IMG/VR virus record: IMGVR_UViG_2526164667_000035
DNA: 41,051 nucleotides
Reading direction: 5' to 3' (one strand)
Origin: a virus
Taxonomy: Duplodnaviria > Heunggongvirae > Uroviricota > Caudoviricetes
A program made the translations under genes and the position numbers. This document shows, piece by piece, positions 27,799 to 37,590 of this stretch. Within the stretch, counting starts at the first letter, position 1; the number at the start of each line of letters is the position of its first letter. Below the pieces are notes generated by a model, which made no database searches, had not been told where the DNA came from, and was given only the letters and a program-made list of their open reading frames with translations.

Positions 27799-27834
27799 CT
27801 TGACTTTGTGAGTTTAGAGGTCTTAACTATATGC
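27799..27834 (+). promoter_or_regulatory. Candidate early promoter (PL analogue)
   Basis: TTGACT, 17-nt spacer, TTAACT; the -10 is weak, so this is tentative. Confidence 0.3.
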
Positions 27835-28022
27835 GTGAAGTTAAGATATCTATACACAGATATTTAAACTACAAGTCGAACGGCGCGACTCTAAACCATG
27901 CGTCGGGACCGTGGCGGGACAGGATGTCGGCAATACGGGTCAGTAAGTTCCCTTTGGGGTGCGGCGAAGCACTGGGTCGAAGCCGCCGAACCACCAAAGT
28001 GAACTGAATGAGGAATCACAAG

Positions 28023-28217
28023 ATGCCTAAATATAAACTGGTTAATGACCTGGCTATCGGCGACAAAATTGAATTCAGTGGAAAACGGATAATGGAGGTT
28101 ACCCAAAAAACTGACCGCGACCAGCATAACGTTAGCCTGACTCTAGTTAACAAACATACAGGTTCTGCGACTAATACTTGTTTTAACCGAATGGATACCG
28201 TCGTCCTTCCCCCATAA
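28023..28217 (+). CDS. Small hypothetical protein (64 aa)
   Basis: ATG with upstream TGAGGA; followed by a terminator. Confidence 0.4.
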   Translation: MPKYKLVNDLAIGDKIEFSGKRIMEVTQKTDRDQHNVSLTLVNKHTGSATNTCFNRMDTVVLPP

Positions 28218-28259
28218 CAATCCTCTGAATCCTCCATGTAATTGCTGTGTGTAGTCTTT

Positions 28260-28287
28260 GCCCGCCTCAAGTGACGGGCTTTTTTAT
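28260..28287 (+). terminator. Rho-independent terminator
   Basis: GCCCG...CGGGC stem followed by TTTTTT. Confidence 0.5.
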
Positions 28288-28344
28288 GTCTGAAAGCGCA
28301 CTCGCAACAGCGTGCTCCCCGATATGAAAAAAGGAATACAACCG

Positions 28345-28494
28345 ATGAAACCTGAACACATCCATCGACTGACGGGGCGCGATGTTCTCCGTTATCGCCG
28401 TAAAAACTTCGATTTGATGACCGGTCTGGCCGTTGCCACTGCGCTCGGTCTGATCATCACTTTCATTCTCCTTGTAGCGAGGCCCACAGTATGA
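28345..28494 (+). CDS. Small single-pass membrane protein (49 aa)
   Basis: Internal ATG with AAAGGA SD; C-terminal hydrophobic helix (LAVATALGLIITFILLVA); stop overlaps the next start. Confidence 0.35.
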   Translation: MKPEHIHRLTGRDVLRYRRKNFDLMTGLAVATALGLIITFILLVARPTV

Positions 28495-29393
28495 GTTTAG
28501 AAACCAATCTAGAACTTAATAATCAACTTCTGGCACAACATAATGCGCTGCTTGAACGTCTTATCCGCACAATGGCATCAGGCATTGTTATGCATCCTGA
28601 CACGATTTCACGAGTGCAGGAATGTCGGGATACAGCAACTGAAACTGAAAATATGTCAGCGGCAATGACACTGGATGATCTGGAGTTCAGCGACGTTATC
28701 GCACTGGCTGGTTTCTACCCGGTAGCCACCCCTATCACAGAAGACATGCTGCAACGTGCTGTTGCCTACCGTGATGCTGAAGGCGATAAACGAGTAGTTC
28801 AGATTGATGCTCTCGACAGCGCATTGCAGGGCGTCAAACGAGCCAGGGCGCTGCTTAAACCTGCTCTCCTGGACCTGTCCCGTAACATCCTTAAGTTCTG
28901 GGACGACCTGCCAACCATCGGCGAGCGACGTGCTTTTGCCGAGCAGCTACTTGATGCACCTGCGGATGGGCGTGATGAAGTTAAGCCGAAAAAGGCCAGT
29001 AACAAGGATGGAGAACGCACGGGGCCGTTTTACGTCAAAAATGTATCCGGCACAGCAGCCAGTGAACTCCACACCTTACGCAAGTTGAACGAGATGCTGA
29101 AAAAAGGCCATATCGAGATCAACCGTGTTGAGTACCTTCAGCTGCAGGAAGAATTTGCACGCAGAGACGCAGCAAATTCCAGCCAGAATAATGACGCCAA
29201 AGATGACCATACAATTGATTTCGCGGCACTACGCAAACAAGCTGAAGGGTTGATCCTCCAGTTAGCAAAAGGGGGTTACCGGGCAGAAGCTATTGCAATT
29301 CTGGAAAAACAGGGAGCCAGGAAACTTGGTGAAGTAACGGATGAAAATCTCGCTGAAGTAATCACCCTGGCTGAAAAAGCACTGGAGGGTTAA
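28491..29393 (+). CDS. Hypothetical protein (300 aa)
   Basis: ATGA start overlap with the upstream gene; no motif recognised; mixed charged / helical composition. Confidence 0.5.
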   Translation: MSLETNLELNNQLLAQHNALLERLIRTMASGIVMHPDTISRVQECRDTATETENMSAAMTLDDLEFSDVIALAGFYPVATPITEDMLQRAVAYRDAEGDKRVVQIDALDSALQGVKRARALLKPALLDLSRNILKFWDDLPTIGERRAFAEQLLDAPADGRDEVKPKKASNKDGERTGPFYVKNVSGTAASELHTLRKLNEMLKKGHIEINRVEYLQLQEEFARRDAANSSQNNDAKDDHTIDFAALRKQAEGLILQLAKGGYRAEAIAILEKQGARKLGEVTDENLAEVITLAEKALEG

Positions 29394-29395
29394 TC

Positions 29396-30697
29396 ATGCC
29401 AGACGTTCATGCACAACTTTCTCCATCATCAGCGCATCGATGGATGCTCTGCCCAGGAAGTCTGGCGCTGGAGGCCACACAACCGGATAAAGAAACAACT
29501 TTTGCAATCGAGGGCACTGCAGCGCACGCGCTTGCTGAAAAAGTTCTACGAAACAGGCAAAGCCACCCGGAACACTACGCCGGATGCAATGTTTCTATGT
29601 TTCTCGGCTCATACCCCCTTCGCGAAAATCCTGATGATACATCTGGCCCACAGGTGGATGATGAAATGGTCGAAGCCGTTGGCCGGTATGTTGATACGGT
29701 CTGGACTCTTGCACAGAATAATGAACTATTGGTTGAACAACGTGTTGATTTCTCACATATAACGGGTGTGGAAGAATCTTTCGGAACTGCCGACGGCATA
29801 ATCATCGCTGGTAACGAATTACAAATCCACGACCTGAAATATGGCAAAGGCGTCCGCATTGATGCAGAACAAAATGAGCAACTACAACTGTATGCTCTGG
29901 GTGCGCTTGAACAATTCAGCATGCTGTATGACTTTGAAACTGTAAGATTATTTATTCACCAACCAAGGCTCAACCACGTTTCAGAATGGTCGTTAACCGT
30001 ACAGGAACTTCAGTCTTTCGGTGAACGGGCGCTGGAGGCCGCAACCAGTGCGATCCTTGTTCTCAATATTGCTGAATGCGAAGGCATTGAGACACTACCG
30101 CTGGAAAACTTCATACCTGGAGAAAAACAGTGCCGCTTCTGTAAAGCAAAAGCTATTTGCACTGCCCAGAAAATGCAGCATTTACAAACAGCGGCCAGCG
30201 ATTTTGAAGATCTGACAAAGCCTGTCAGCGAAATAATCACCAATGCCAGCGCACGTGTACCTCTGTTAACCATTGAGCAGCTTGCAGAGATCTATAGCCA
30301 GGCCAACTTTATTGAATCCTGGCTAAAGGCAGTACGGGACCGGGTTCACAATGAACTCAATGCCGGACATCCGGTACCGGGGTTTAAACTGGTAACAGGA
30401 AAACAAGGTAACCGGGCCTGGAGTGACGAAGAGGCAGCTCGCGCACTTCTGAAGGACCAGTTCAGGTACAAAACTGAAGAAGTATTCGACTTTAAACTTA
30501 TTAGTCCCACAAAAGCCGAAAAACTTATCAAAAAGGCCAGTCCGCGCCGTTGGTCAAAAGTCGAGGCACTGATAACACGAGCTGATGGTAAACCCACCGT
30601 CGTTCCCGAGTCAGACCCACGCCCCGCACTCAATATCAACCCTGTAAATGATTTCGACGACGTATCCGACGATACGCTAACCGCAGACCTTATCTGA
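29396..30697 (+). CDS. PD-(D/E)XK-type nuclease, DUF2800-like (Cas4/RecB-like with C-terminal Cys cluster)
   Basis: N-terminal [15 protein letters not shown] and Cys cluster [10 protein letters not shown], matching DUF2800 hallmarks as I recall them. Confidence 0.6.
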   Translation: MPDVHAQLSPSSAHRWMLCPGSLALEATQPDKETTFAIEGTAAHALAEKVLRNRQSHPEHYAGCNVSMFLGSYPLRENPDDTSGPQVDDEMVEAVGRYVDTVWTLAQNNELLVEQRVDFSHITGVEESFGTADGIIIAGNELQIHDLKYGKGVRIDAEQNEQLQLYALGALEQFSMLYDFETVRLFIHQPRLNHVSEWSLTVQELQSFGERALEAATSAILVLNIAECEGIETLPLENFIPGEKQCRFCKAKAICTAQKMQHLQTAASDFEDLTKPVSEIITNASARVPLLTIEQLAEIYSQANFIESWLKAVRDRVHNELNAGHPVPGFKLVTGKQGNRAWSDEEAARALLKDQFRYKTEEVFDFKLISPTKAEKLIKKASPRRWSKVEALITRADGKPTVVPESDPRPALNINPVNDFDDVSDDTLTADLI

Positions 30698-30712
30698 TTT
30701 AAGGAAATCCCC

Positions 30713-31261
30713 ATGAAACTGAAGCTGAACAATGTTCGTCTGGCCTTCCCGTCTCTGTTTGAAGCTAAAACTGTAAACGGCGAAGGCGATCCGCGTTTCT
30801 CCGCAGTATTTTTAATGTCTCCCAAACACCCACAACTGGAAGAAATCCGTAAAGCTATGAAGCAGGTAGCGAAGGAAAAATGGGGGGAGAAGTGGGAGTC
30901 CATTTATAACCAGCTGGAGAAAAAACTCAATCTGTGCCTGCATGATGGTGATGAAAAAGCAGAGTATGAAGGCTTTCCCGGCAATTTCTTCCTGAACGCT
31001 GCTAACAAAGCGCGCCCAGCTGTTCTTGATCGCGATCGTTCGCCACTAATTCAGGCTGATGGACGTCCCTATGCAGGGTGCTATGTAAACGCCGTTATCG
31101 ATATCTGGGCACAGGACAATAATTTCGGTAAACGCATTAATGCCTCACTCGGCGGAGTCCAGTTCCTGCGAGACGGCGATGCATTCGCTGGCGGCGGAGT
31201 GGCAAGCGCTGACGATTTCGACGATATCAGCGAAGGTGCTGATGCTGAAGCACTAATTTAA
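30713..31261 (+). CDS. DUF2815-like protein (phage single-strand DNA-binding-like)
   Basis: N-terminus MKLKLNNVRLAFPSLFE resembles DUF2815; sits between DUF2800 and the DNA polymerase as in known phage replication modules. Confidence 0.55.
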   Translation: MKLKLNNVRLAFPSLFEAKTVNGEGDPRFSAVFLMSPKHPQLEEIRKAMKQVAKEKWGEKWESIYNQLEKKLNLCLHDGDEKAEYEGFPGNFFLNAANKARPAVLDRDRSPLIQADGRPYAGCYVNAVIDIWAQDNNFGKRINASLGGVQFLRDGDAFAGGGVASADDFDDISEGADAEALI

Positions 31262-31312
31262 AAATATTCATCCCCCAGCTACGTGCTGGGGTATCTCATG
31301 AGGGAAAGGATA

Positions 31313-31954
31313 ATGTCACAGCCCGTATTAACTAATCACCTTAAAACTCAAATCATCAATAACGCACTTGAGAAAGCGGGTATCCCCAAACGTAAATCAG
31401 CACTACGAGCTGCTCGTGTTGAATGGGCCGAACGTGTTCGGCTTGCAGCTATCGGGGGCGTAGAGAAAGACGCTGAAATATTAAAAAATATAAAAAAGAT
31501 TGAATCCATGGTAACAAAAATCCCTGATTCATTAAAAACCAATAGTTCTTTAATTCGAAAAGATTGCTGCATATATCTCAATCTGGCTGGAGCCAGAGCA
31601 AACATTTATTTCAATGGCAACTACAGAGGTTATGAATCAGGAGCCCCCGAGCATATTAATAAAATAGCACCTGCAGAATTTACTCTACTTGGCGAAGATC
31701 CTCTGGTAACGGAGTTTTATAGCTTTGATGCTCTCTACACACAAATTAAAAGTGATGAAACCGAAATCATACAGAACGTCAGCGCGGCTCTAAATAAAGT
31801 TCGGACAGTAAAACGATTACTGGATGTATGGCCCGAAGCTAAAGAACTGCTTCCAACAGACGCACCGCCAGTCCCTTTAGCACCAGCAGTACATCGAGAG
31901 ACATTAAATGAAATGATAGGCCTTCCTACCAATACAGTGTCTGATACTCAATAA
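31313..31954 (+). CDS. Hypothetical protein, AT-rich (213 aa)
   Basis: Start at ATG with GAAAGGA SD; markedly lower GC than flanking genes; no motif recognised. Confidence 0.5.
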   Translation: MSQPVLTNHLKTQIINNALEKAGIPKRKSALRAARVEWAERVRLAAIGGVEKDAEILKNIKKIESMVTKIPDSLKTNSSLIRKDCCIYLNLAGARANIYFNGNYRGYESGAPEHINKIAPAEFTLLGEDPLVTEFYSFDALYTQIKSDETEIIQNVSAALNKVRTVKRLLDVWPEAKELLPTDAPPVPLAPAVHRETLNEMIGLPTNTVSDTQ

Positions 31955-32637
31955 CAAGGGGGATGCTTATTATATGATTTTGAACGTTTTACAATCTCGT
32001 TAAGAGGCGTGAAATCAAAATCTCTGAATAACACATCAGGATACTTCGCTCTTGCTTTATCCAGCAGGCCAGTTAAAGTATTTTTTGTGTTACCCAACAT
32101 TGTATTAACCGCCACTACATGTCTAATTTCTGGAGGTTTATCTATACCACCAGAAATTGCTTCATTAAGAACCGACGCCAGTGGGGTTTGTCCCTTACTT
32201 GTTGAATCCCACAGCGTCATTAACAGACGAGCTGCGTCTATAAATAGCTTTTTGTCAGCATTTGGCTTGACAGTAATACCGGAACTACCAGAGCCAGAAC
32301 CGGAACGTTCTATTGCTGCACTGGTATCCGATTTCATAGGATTAAATAACGGCAGCTCTGTACAACCGATACGCCGAATGAAATCCTTTGCAACATCTCT
32401 ACCACAGAAAAAAGCCCCTGTACAATTTTCATCAGAGCGTTTTTTAAATGAAAAACAATAGTACTGATCGGTTAACGGATAACCGGAATAACTGGTTTTA
32501 GTTTGTCCAGTAATAAGTTTCAGGTGTGCAACAGGCTGAATAATAAAATCCCGAACTATCGCATCTTTTATGTCGTTACCACGGTGACAATAATATTCAG
32601 GTAATCCATTAGGCTGTCTCTTATTACCCACAGTCAT
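31948..32637 (-). CDS. Hypothetical Cys-rich two-domain protein on the opposite strand, AT-rich (229 aa)
   Basis: Strong AAGGAGG SD; N-terminal region with Cys/His positions (CH...C...C...C...C), SGSGSGSSG linker, then a C-terminal domain; 7-bp convergent overlap with 31313..31954. Confidence 0.55.
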   Translation of the reverse strand: MTVGNKRQPNGLPEYYCHRGNDIKDAIVRDFIIQPVAHLKLITGQTKTSYSGYPLTDQYYCFSFKKRSDENCTGAFFCGRDVAKDFIRRIGCTELPLFNPMKSDTSAAIERSGSGSGSSGITVKPNADKKLFIDAARLLMTLWDSTSKGQTPLASVLNEAISGGIDKPPEIRHVVAVNTMLGNTKNTLTGLLDKARAKYPDVLFRDFDFTPLNEIVKRSKSYNKHPPCY

Positions 32638-32698
32638 TAGTTGCCTCCTTTAATTCATGATATCTAGCATTTAACCATATACCATATGAGGATATTTT

Positions 32699-34762
32699 AT
32701 GTCCAATATACTATGGGGCGACCTGGAAACCTATTGTGACATTCCGATCAACAACGGTACCCATGCGTATGCCGAAGGCGTTGAAGTGATGCTTTTCGCA
32801 TGGGCTATCAACGACGGGCCAGTAAATGTGTGGGATATCACTGCCGGTGGTGGTATTCCACACGGCTTATACGAAGCAATCGCAGACCCTGAAACCCTGC
32901 TTTATTTCCATAACTCTCACTTCGACCGCACCGTTCTGCGTTATGCAATGCCGCGACTGGCACCGCCAGTCGAACGTTGGCGCGACACGATGGTGCAGGC
33001 GCTGGCGCACGGTCTCCCGGGGTCTCTGGGGGAACTCTGCGAAATACTAGGCGTCCCGCAAGACAAAGCGAAGGACAAAGAAGGTAAAGCGCTGATCCAG
33101 CTGTTCTGTAAGCCACGCCCGAAAAACAGCAAACTGCGTCGGGCCACCAGTAAAACCCACCCGGAAGAATGGCGGCGCTTTGTTGATTACGCCGGACTGG
33201 ATATCGAGGCAATGCGCGAAGTCTATAAACGTCTGCCGAAGTGGAATTATCAGGGGACAGAGCTGGCGCTCTGGCATCGTGATCAGCAGATCAACGACCG
33301 GGGCGCCTGCATGGACATGCAACTCGCGCGCGCTGCGATCGAAGCGGTAGACCAGGAGCAAAAGCGCTTGGCAAAGCGTACACAGGAAATGACTGATGGC
33401 GAAGTGCAGGCAGCCACACAACGGGACGCGTTGATTAAGCACATCGTTGAATCCTACGGTGTGGAGCTACCAGACATGCAACGCAGTACCCTGGAACGTC
33501 GTATAGCCGACCCCGATTTACCATCTGCCGTGAAAGAACTGCTGGCTATCCGCCTGCAAGCCAGTACTACCAGCACCAGTAAATACAAGGCACTGATGAA
33601 AGGCGTAAGCCACGACGGGCGCTTACGCGGTACGCTACAGTTCTGCGGGGCGTCACGTACCGGTCGTTGGGCCGGACGGCTATTCCAGCCCCAGAACCTT
33701 CCCCGCCCTTCACTAAAACAGGAACAAATAGACGAAGGCATCGAAGCACTGAAAGCCGGATGTGCAGACCTGCTGTTTGACAATATCATGGAACTAACCA
33801 GTTCAGCGTTACGTGGCTGCATTATCGCGCCAACAGGCAAAAAACTGGTGGTAAGTGACTTGTCAAACATTGAAGGCCGTATGCTGGCATGGCTGGCGGG
33901 AGAAGAATGGAAACTGAATGCATTCAGAGAGTACGACGCCGGAACGGGTCCGGACTTATATAAACTGGCGTATGCAAAAGCTTTCGATATTGCACCAGAT
34001 GATGTTGATAAACACATGCGTCAGATCGGTAAAGTCATGGAACTCGGTCTGGGTTATGGAGGTGGTGTATCGGCTTTCATCACTTTTGCTCTGGTTTACG
34101 GTCTCGATCTCGACGAGCTGGCGAACGCCGCGCTGCCAAACATTCCCCGCGATGTTATCCGCGAGGCGAAAAGCTGGTACGACGAATCGGTTAAACGTAA
34201 GTCGACCTTTGGCCTGTCCGAGCGTGTATTCATCGCATGTGACTCGCTCAAGCGCCTGTGGCGCAGGGCGCACCCGGCGACCTGCGATTTCTGGTACGAG
34301 CTGGAGCGCACTGTCCGCACAGCAATCGCCACACCGCAAAAAACATTGTATTGCGGTTATCTTAAAATCCGCCGCGATGGCGCGTGGCTGCGCATACAGC
34401 TACCATCCGGACGCGCTGTATGCTACCCGTCTCCGGTTATCGAACAAGGGAATATCACCTACATGGGTGTTAACTCTTATTCGCGTAAATGGCAACGACT
34501 CAAAACCTACGGCGGAAAGCTGGTGGAGAACGTCACCCAGGCGGCCGCCCGCGACGTTCTGGCCGGAAACATGCCGCTTATCGAAGATGCCGGTTACAGC
34601 ATTGTGCTGACGGTACACGACGAGGTGATCACCGAATCACCTGACACAGAAGATTTCAACGATAAAGCGCTTTCCGCGCTTCTCTCCACTAACCCCGAAT
34701 GGGCGCCCGATATCCCACTGAACGCTGGCGGTTTTGAGGCGTACCACTACCGTAAGGATTAA
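32699..34762 (+). CDS. Family A DNA polymerase with N-terminal 3'-5' exonuclease domain
   Basis: 687 aa; exonuclease-type motifs ([15 protein letters not shown]) and polymerase motifs ([16 protein letters not shown]; VHDEV). Confidence 0.85.
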   Translation: MSNILWGDLETYCDIPINNGTHAYAEGVEVMLFAWAINDGPVNVWDITAGGGIPHGLYEAIADPETLLYFHNSHFDRTVLRYAMPRLAPPVERWRDTMVQALAHGLPGSLGELCEILGVPQDKAKDKEGKALIQLFCKPRPKNSKLRRATSKTHPEEWRRFVDYAGLDIEAMREVYKRLPKWNYQGTELALWHRDQQINDRGACMDMQLARAAIEAVDQEQKRLAKRTQEMTDGEVQAATQRDALIKHIVESYGVELPDMQRSTLERRIADPDLPSAVKELLAIRLQASTTSTSKYKALMKGVSHDGRLRGTLQFCGASRTGRWAGRLFQPQNLPRPSLKQEQIDEGIEALKAGCADLLFDNIMELTSSALRGCIIAPTGKKLVVSDLSNIEGRMLAWLAGEEWKLNAFREYDAGTGPDLYKLAYAKAFDIAPDDVDKHMRQIGKVMELGLGYGGGVSAFITFALVYGLDLDELANAALPNIPRDVIREAKSWYDESVKRKSTFGLSERVFIACDSLKRLWRRAHPATCDFWYELERTVRTAIATPQKTLYCGYLKIRRDGAWLRIQLPSGRAVCYPSPVIEQGNITYMGVNSYSRKWQRLKTYGGKLVENVTQAAARDVLAGNMPLIEDAGYSIVLTVHDEVITESPDTEDFNDKALSALLSTNPEWAPDIPLNAGGFEAYHYRKD

Positions 34763-34767
34763 CTCCT

Positions 34768-34983
34768 ATGTCATTTAAATACCGGGATAATCCACTTTAT
34801 TACAGGGCTGCAAGGGAGGCTTTGCGACTTGAACAATCCGGCGAATATGACCGGGCAGCGAAGGTCTGGGCAAAAGCCAACCGCGAATCACATCACGAAC
34901 TGAATCAGGAATGGAGTGAACGCAGATCTGATTTTTGCCTGATGCAGAATATGCGTGAAAAGCGTAAGGCGGTCGAAGAATGA
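34768..34983 (+). CDS. Small hypothetical protein (possibly ANR-like small regulator)
   Basis: 71 aa; vague resemblance to small prophage regulators by memory only. Confidence 0.35.
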   Translation: MSFKYRDNPLYYRAAREALRLEQSGEYDRAAKVWAKANRESHHELNQEWSERRSDFCLMQNMREKRKAVEE

Positions 34984-35279
34984 TCGTTTACGTTGCCGGG
35001 CCGATGAGCGGTTACGAGCAATTTAACCGCCCGGCCTTTCATTCCGCAGCAAAGAGGCTAACGGACAAGGGATATGTTGTGCTTAACCCCGCAACTTTAC
35101 CCGATGGTTTGACACAGGCTCAGTACATGGACATCTGCCTCGCAATGCTTCGCTGTGCCGATACGATTTATATGCTCAAAGAGTGGGAGTACTCTGCCGG
35201 CGCACGTGCAGAAAACGCGTTGGCAGAGAAACTGGAATTGAATGTGCTTTTTGAAGAGTGGGATTCAGATGGCCTATGA
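34980..35279 (+). CDS. DUF4406-like protein (nucleoside 2-deoxyribosyltransferase-like fold)
   Basis: 99 aa; N-terminal MIVYVAGPMSG...VLNPA pattern typical of DUF4406 as I recall it. Confidence 0.5.
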   Translation: MIVYVAGPMSGYEQFNRPAFHSAAKRLTDKGYVVLNPATLPDGLTQAQYMDICLAMLRCADTIYMLKEWEYSAGARAENALAEKLELNVLFEEWDSDGL

Positions 35280-35562
35280 ACGTGAGAGCCTTATCGAAAA
35301 GCACCTCGTCGCTGAAGTGAAAAAGGCTGGCGGTGTGGCCTTTAAGTTCGTATCTCCCGGTCGCCGCTCGGTACCGGATCGCATTGTTCTGCTACCCGGC
35401 GGCCGTCTTGTTTTCGTTGAATGCAAAGCACCCGGCAAAGCACCACGCGCCGACCAGTTGCGCGAGCACGAGCGGCTGCGCGAGCTGGGCTTTACCGTGG
35501 TGGTGCTGGATAGCAAAAATCTGGAGGGGATATTGTGCGGGGAGCCTATTACAACGAAATAG
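35269..35562 (+). CDS. VRR-NUC domain nuclease
   Basis: 97 aa from the internal ATG; PDRIVLLPGGRLVFVECKAPGK motif; typically paired with an SNF2-like helicase in phage genomes. Confidence 0.6.
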   Translation: MAYERESLIEKHLVAEVKKAGGVAFKFVSPGRRSVPDRIVLLPGGRLVFVECKAPGKAPRADQLREHERLRELGFTVVVLDSKNLEGILCGEPITTK

Positions 35563-36548
35563 ACCCTAACGCAGCACAATGGCTGCGTAACCTTATTGCT
35601 GCGGGTCATATCGCCCCGGGTGAAGTTGATGAAAGGAGTATCGAAGATGTCGCACCAGACGACTTGCGCGGATTCACACAGTGCCATTTCTTCGCCGGGA
35701 TCGGCGTCTGGTCTTATGCTCTGCGTCTGGCCGGACGGCCGGATAACAAACCGGTCTGGACAGGAAGTTGCCCGTGCCAGCCTTTCAGCTCGGCTGGTAA
35801 AAGCGCTGGGTTTGATGACGAGCGGCACCTATGGCCAGCACTATTCCACCTCATCAGCGAGCGACGCCCTAAGCTGGTATTTGGCGAACAGGTTGCGGGA
35901 GTCAATGCCTGGTTCGATCTTGTACAAACTGACGTGGAAGCAGTGGACTACGCCTTTGGGCTTGTCCCGTTTCCGGCTGCGGGCGTCGGTGCCCCGCATA
36001 TCCGAGATAGAGCGTATTGGGTGGCCGACGCCAGCGGCGAGCGACCACAGCGGTGGCGAAAGCGCCTCAATAGCATTGAGGAAGATGTCTGGAGATCGTC
36101 GACCGTCCGGCAACACGCTACACAGCTCCCTGCGGGATTTTGCTCACCTGGCGGGGTGGTACACCCCAACCTGCAACACAAACCCACAGCCGGAGACAAA
36201 ACGCGGTCTAGAAACCTTAGCGGGGCTATCCAGATTAGCGGGATGGCCGACAGTGACGACGGTCGACAACAACCAAGTTCGTGGCGAGGGCCCAGCAGCC
36301 AATCATACCAAACGGGGAACGCCCCTCGGCGGCCCAATACGATTAACAGCTGCTGGGATGATGCTGACTGGCTCCTCTGCCGGGATGGTCGCTGGCGGCC
36401 AGTTGAATCCGGCACATTCCCGTTGGCTCATGGGATTACCTCCAGAGTGGGACGACTGCGCGCCTACGGCAACGCGATAGTCGCACCAGCTGCCGCAACA
36501 TTCATCCGCTCGTTTATGGAATGCGCAGGATACGACCTCATCTGTTGA
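35535..36548 (+). CDS. DNA (cytosine-5) methyltransferase
   Basis: Motif I FAGIGVWS (FxGxG), motif IV PCQPFS, ENV-like GEQV, RxR-type HIRDRAYWV; GTG start with GGAGGGG SD. Confidence 0.75.
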   Translation: MRGAYYNEIDPNAAQWLRNLIAAGHIAPGEVDERSIEDVAPDDLRGFTQCHFFAGIGVWSYALRLAGRPDNKPVWTGSCPCQPFSSAGKSAGFDDERHLWPALFHLISERRPKLVFGEQVAGVNAWFDLVQTDVEAVDYAFGLVPFPAAGVGAPHIRDRAYWVADASGERPQRWRKRLNSIEEDVWRSSTVRQHATQLPAGFCSPGGVVHPNLQHKPTAGDKTRSRNLSGAIQISGMADSDDGRQQPSSWRGPSSQSYQTGNAPRRPNTINSCWDDADWLLCRDGRWRPVESGTFPLAHGITSRVGRLRAYGNAIVAPAAATFIRSFMECAGYDLIC

Positions 36549-36550
36549 TA

Positions 36551-37480
36551 TTATGGGTTAGGTAATGCACGATTATTAAAATTATCAATAATTTGCAACG
36601 CCGCCGTTTGTCCGCCAGCCAATAGCCCTGCTTTACTCAGAAGGTATTTAGGGAATTTGGTTGGTAAATAAACCGCACGAAGCCAGTGCCTGAATACAGC
36701 TAAAGCATTATCAGGGTATGCATAGACCATTTGGGGATTACTTGCGGATTGGTTGAATTCTTCAGGGTAATAGTGCTGGCAGCGTTGTCTTGGGCCAATC
36801 GTCGCATCGTAGTTGGAAGAAGACCAGTAGCGAGCCCAGTGCTGGCCCACACTGATATCCGGTACAGTGTACTGGTTTACTGCTAATCCAGCATGGATGA
36901 GGTCTACCATTAAACCGGCAATTTCATTGAATACAATGAAATGTCCAGCAGGAACCGAGTTTGCCCCATGCATGATTGACACACGAGAGTGGTAATGACG
37001 CCAAGGGTCATCAGGTATGTAGCCAAGCGCTGTATAGATGTAACCACGCATACCCGCACGGGATAGCTCACGGAAAAACTGTAGCGCAGTAGGAGTTGCA
37101 GCACTTTGAGATACAAATGCGTAGAACTCCAGAATAGCCATACAGACTACTTCTGGGTACGCATAATGGACTGACCCATCTTTGTTGATTGGGATATAAA
37201 GAGTCGGCTCATTATATTGCTCACGCTGTAAATATGAGCTGATAAACTCCATACGCCCTCGAGCGAAAACTCCGTGGCGGAAGCTCTCTTCCCACTCTCG
37301 AGAAATATCCGCGATATTACTACGATGCACCCCGCAAATCCTGGCCAGCCCATTTTGCGTAAGGTAGGAGATCCCGTTCTGAAGAACCCCCATTTCTATT
37401 TCGTTAAAAACCCCCTCAGTACTAACACCTAAGTCCAGTATTTGTTGGGGTGCGGGTTGCTGACCACCAAATTCACTCAT
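36551..37480 (-). CDS. Hypothetical protein with putative N-terminal HTH, opposite strand to neighbours (309 aa)
   Basis: Segment ISYLTQNGLARICGVHRSNIADISREW looks like a helix-turn-helix; convergent with the methyltransferase and divergent from the helicase. Confidence 0.5.
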   Translation of the reverse strand: MSEFGGQQPAPQQILDLGVSTEGVFNEIEMGVLQNGISYLTQNGLARICGVHRSNIADISREWEESFRHGVFARGRMEFISSYLQREQYNEPTLYIPINKDGSVHYAYPEVVCMAILEFYAFVSQSAATPTALQFFRELSRAGMRGYIYTALGYIPDDPWRHYHSRVSIMHGANSVPAGHFIVFNEIAGLMVDLIHAGLAVNQYTVPDISVGQHWARYWSSSNYDATIGPRQRCQHYYPEEFNQSASNPQMVYAYPDNALAVFRHWLRAVYLPTKFPKYLLSKAGLLAGGQTAALQIIDNFNNRALPNP

Positions 37481-37590
37481 TTTATTGTTTATCCTTACAT
37501 TTAACCCTGTGGGTTACCTTCGCTGTGAATAGTAAAAATTGCCAGGCCAACTGGTGCGACCTCTAACTAGCAAAAATTTGCGAGATTATA

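Noticed and set aside
27891-28270. Minus-strand ORFs 27891..28127 and 28016..28270 in the region after the repressor
   Set aside because: They run antisense through the promoter-like element, the leader and a terminator, and overlap the + strand small gene; no ribosome-binding site.
33454-34017. 187-aa - strand ORF (and 32838..33212, 33047..33442) inside the DNA polymerase gene
   Set aside because: Antisense to the polymerase, which has clear exonuclease and polymerase motifs.
35596-36480. 294-aa + strand ORF overlapping the methyltransferase in another frame, and - strand ORFs 35274..35828 and 35948..36415
   Set aside because: The methyltransferase frame contains motifs I, IV, VI and VIII in order; the alternatives lack motifs.
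37481-37590. TATAAT immediately before the helicase ATG as a leaderless-transcript promoter
   Set aside because: No acceptable -35 element at 16-18 bp spacing; probably a coincidental AT-rich hexamer.
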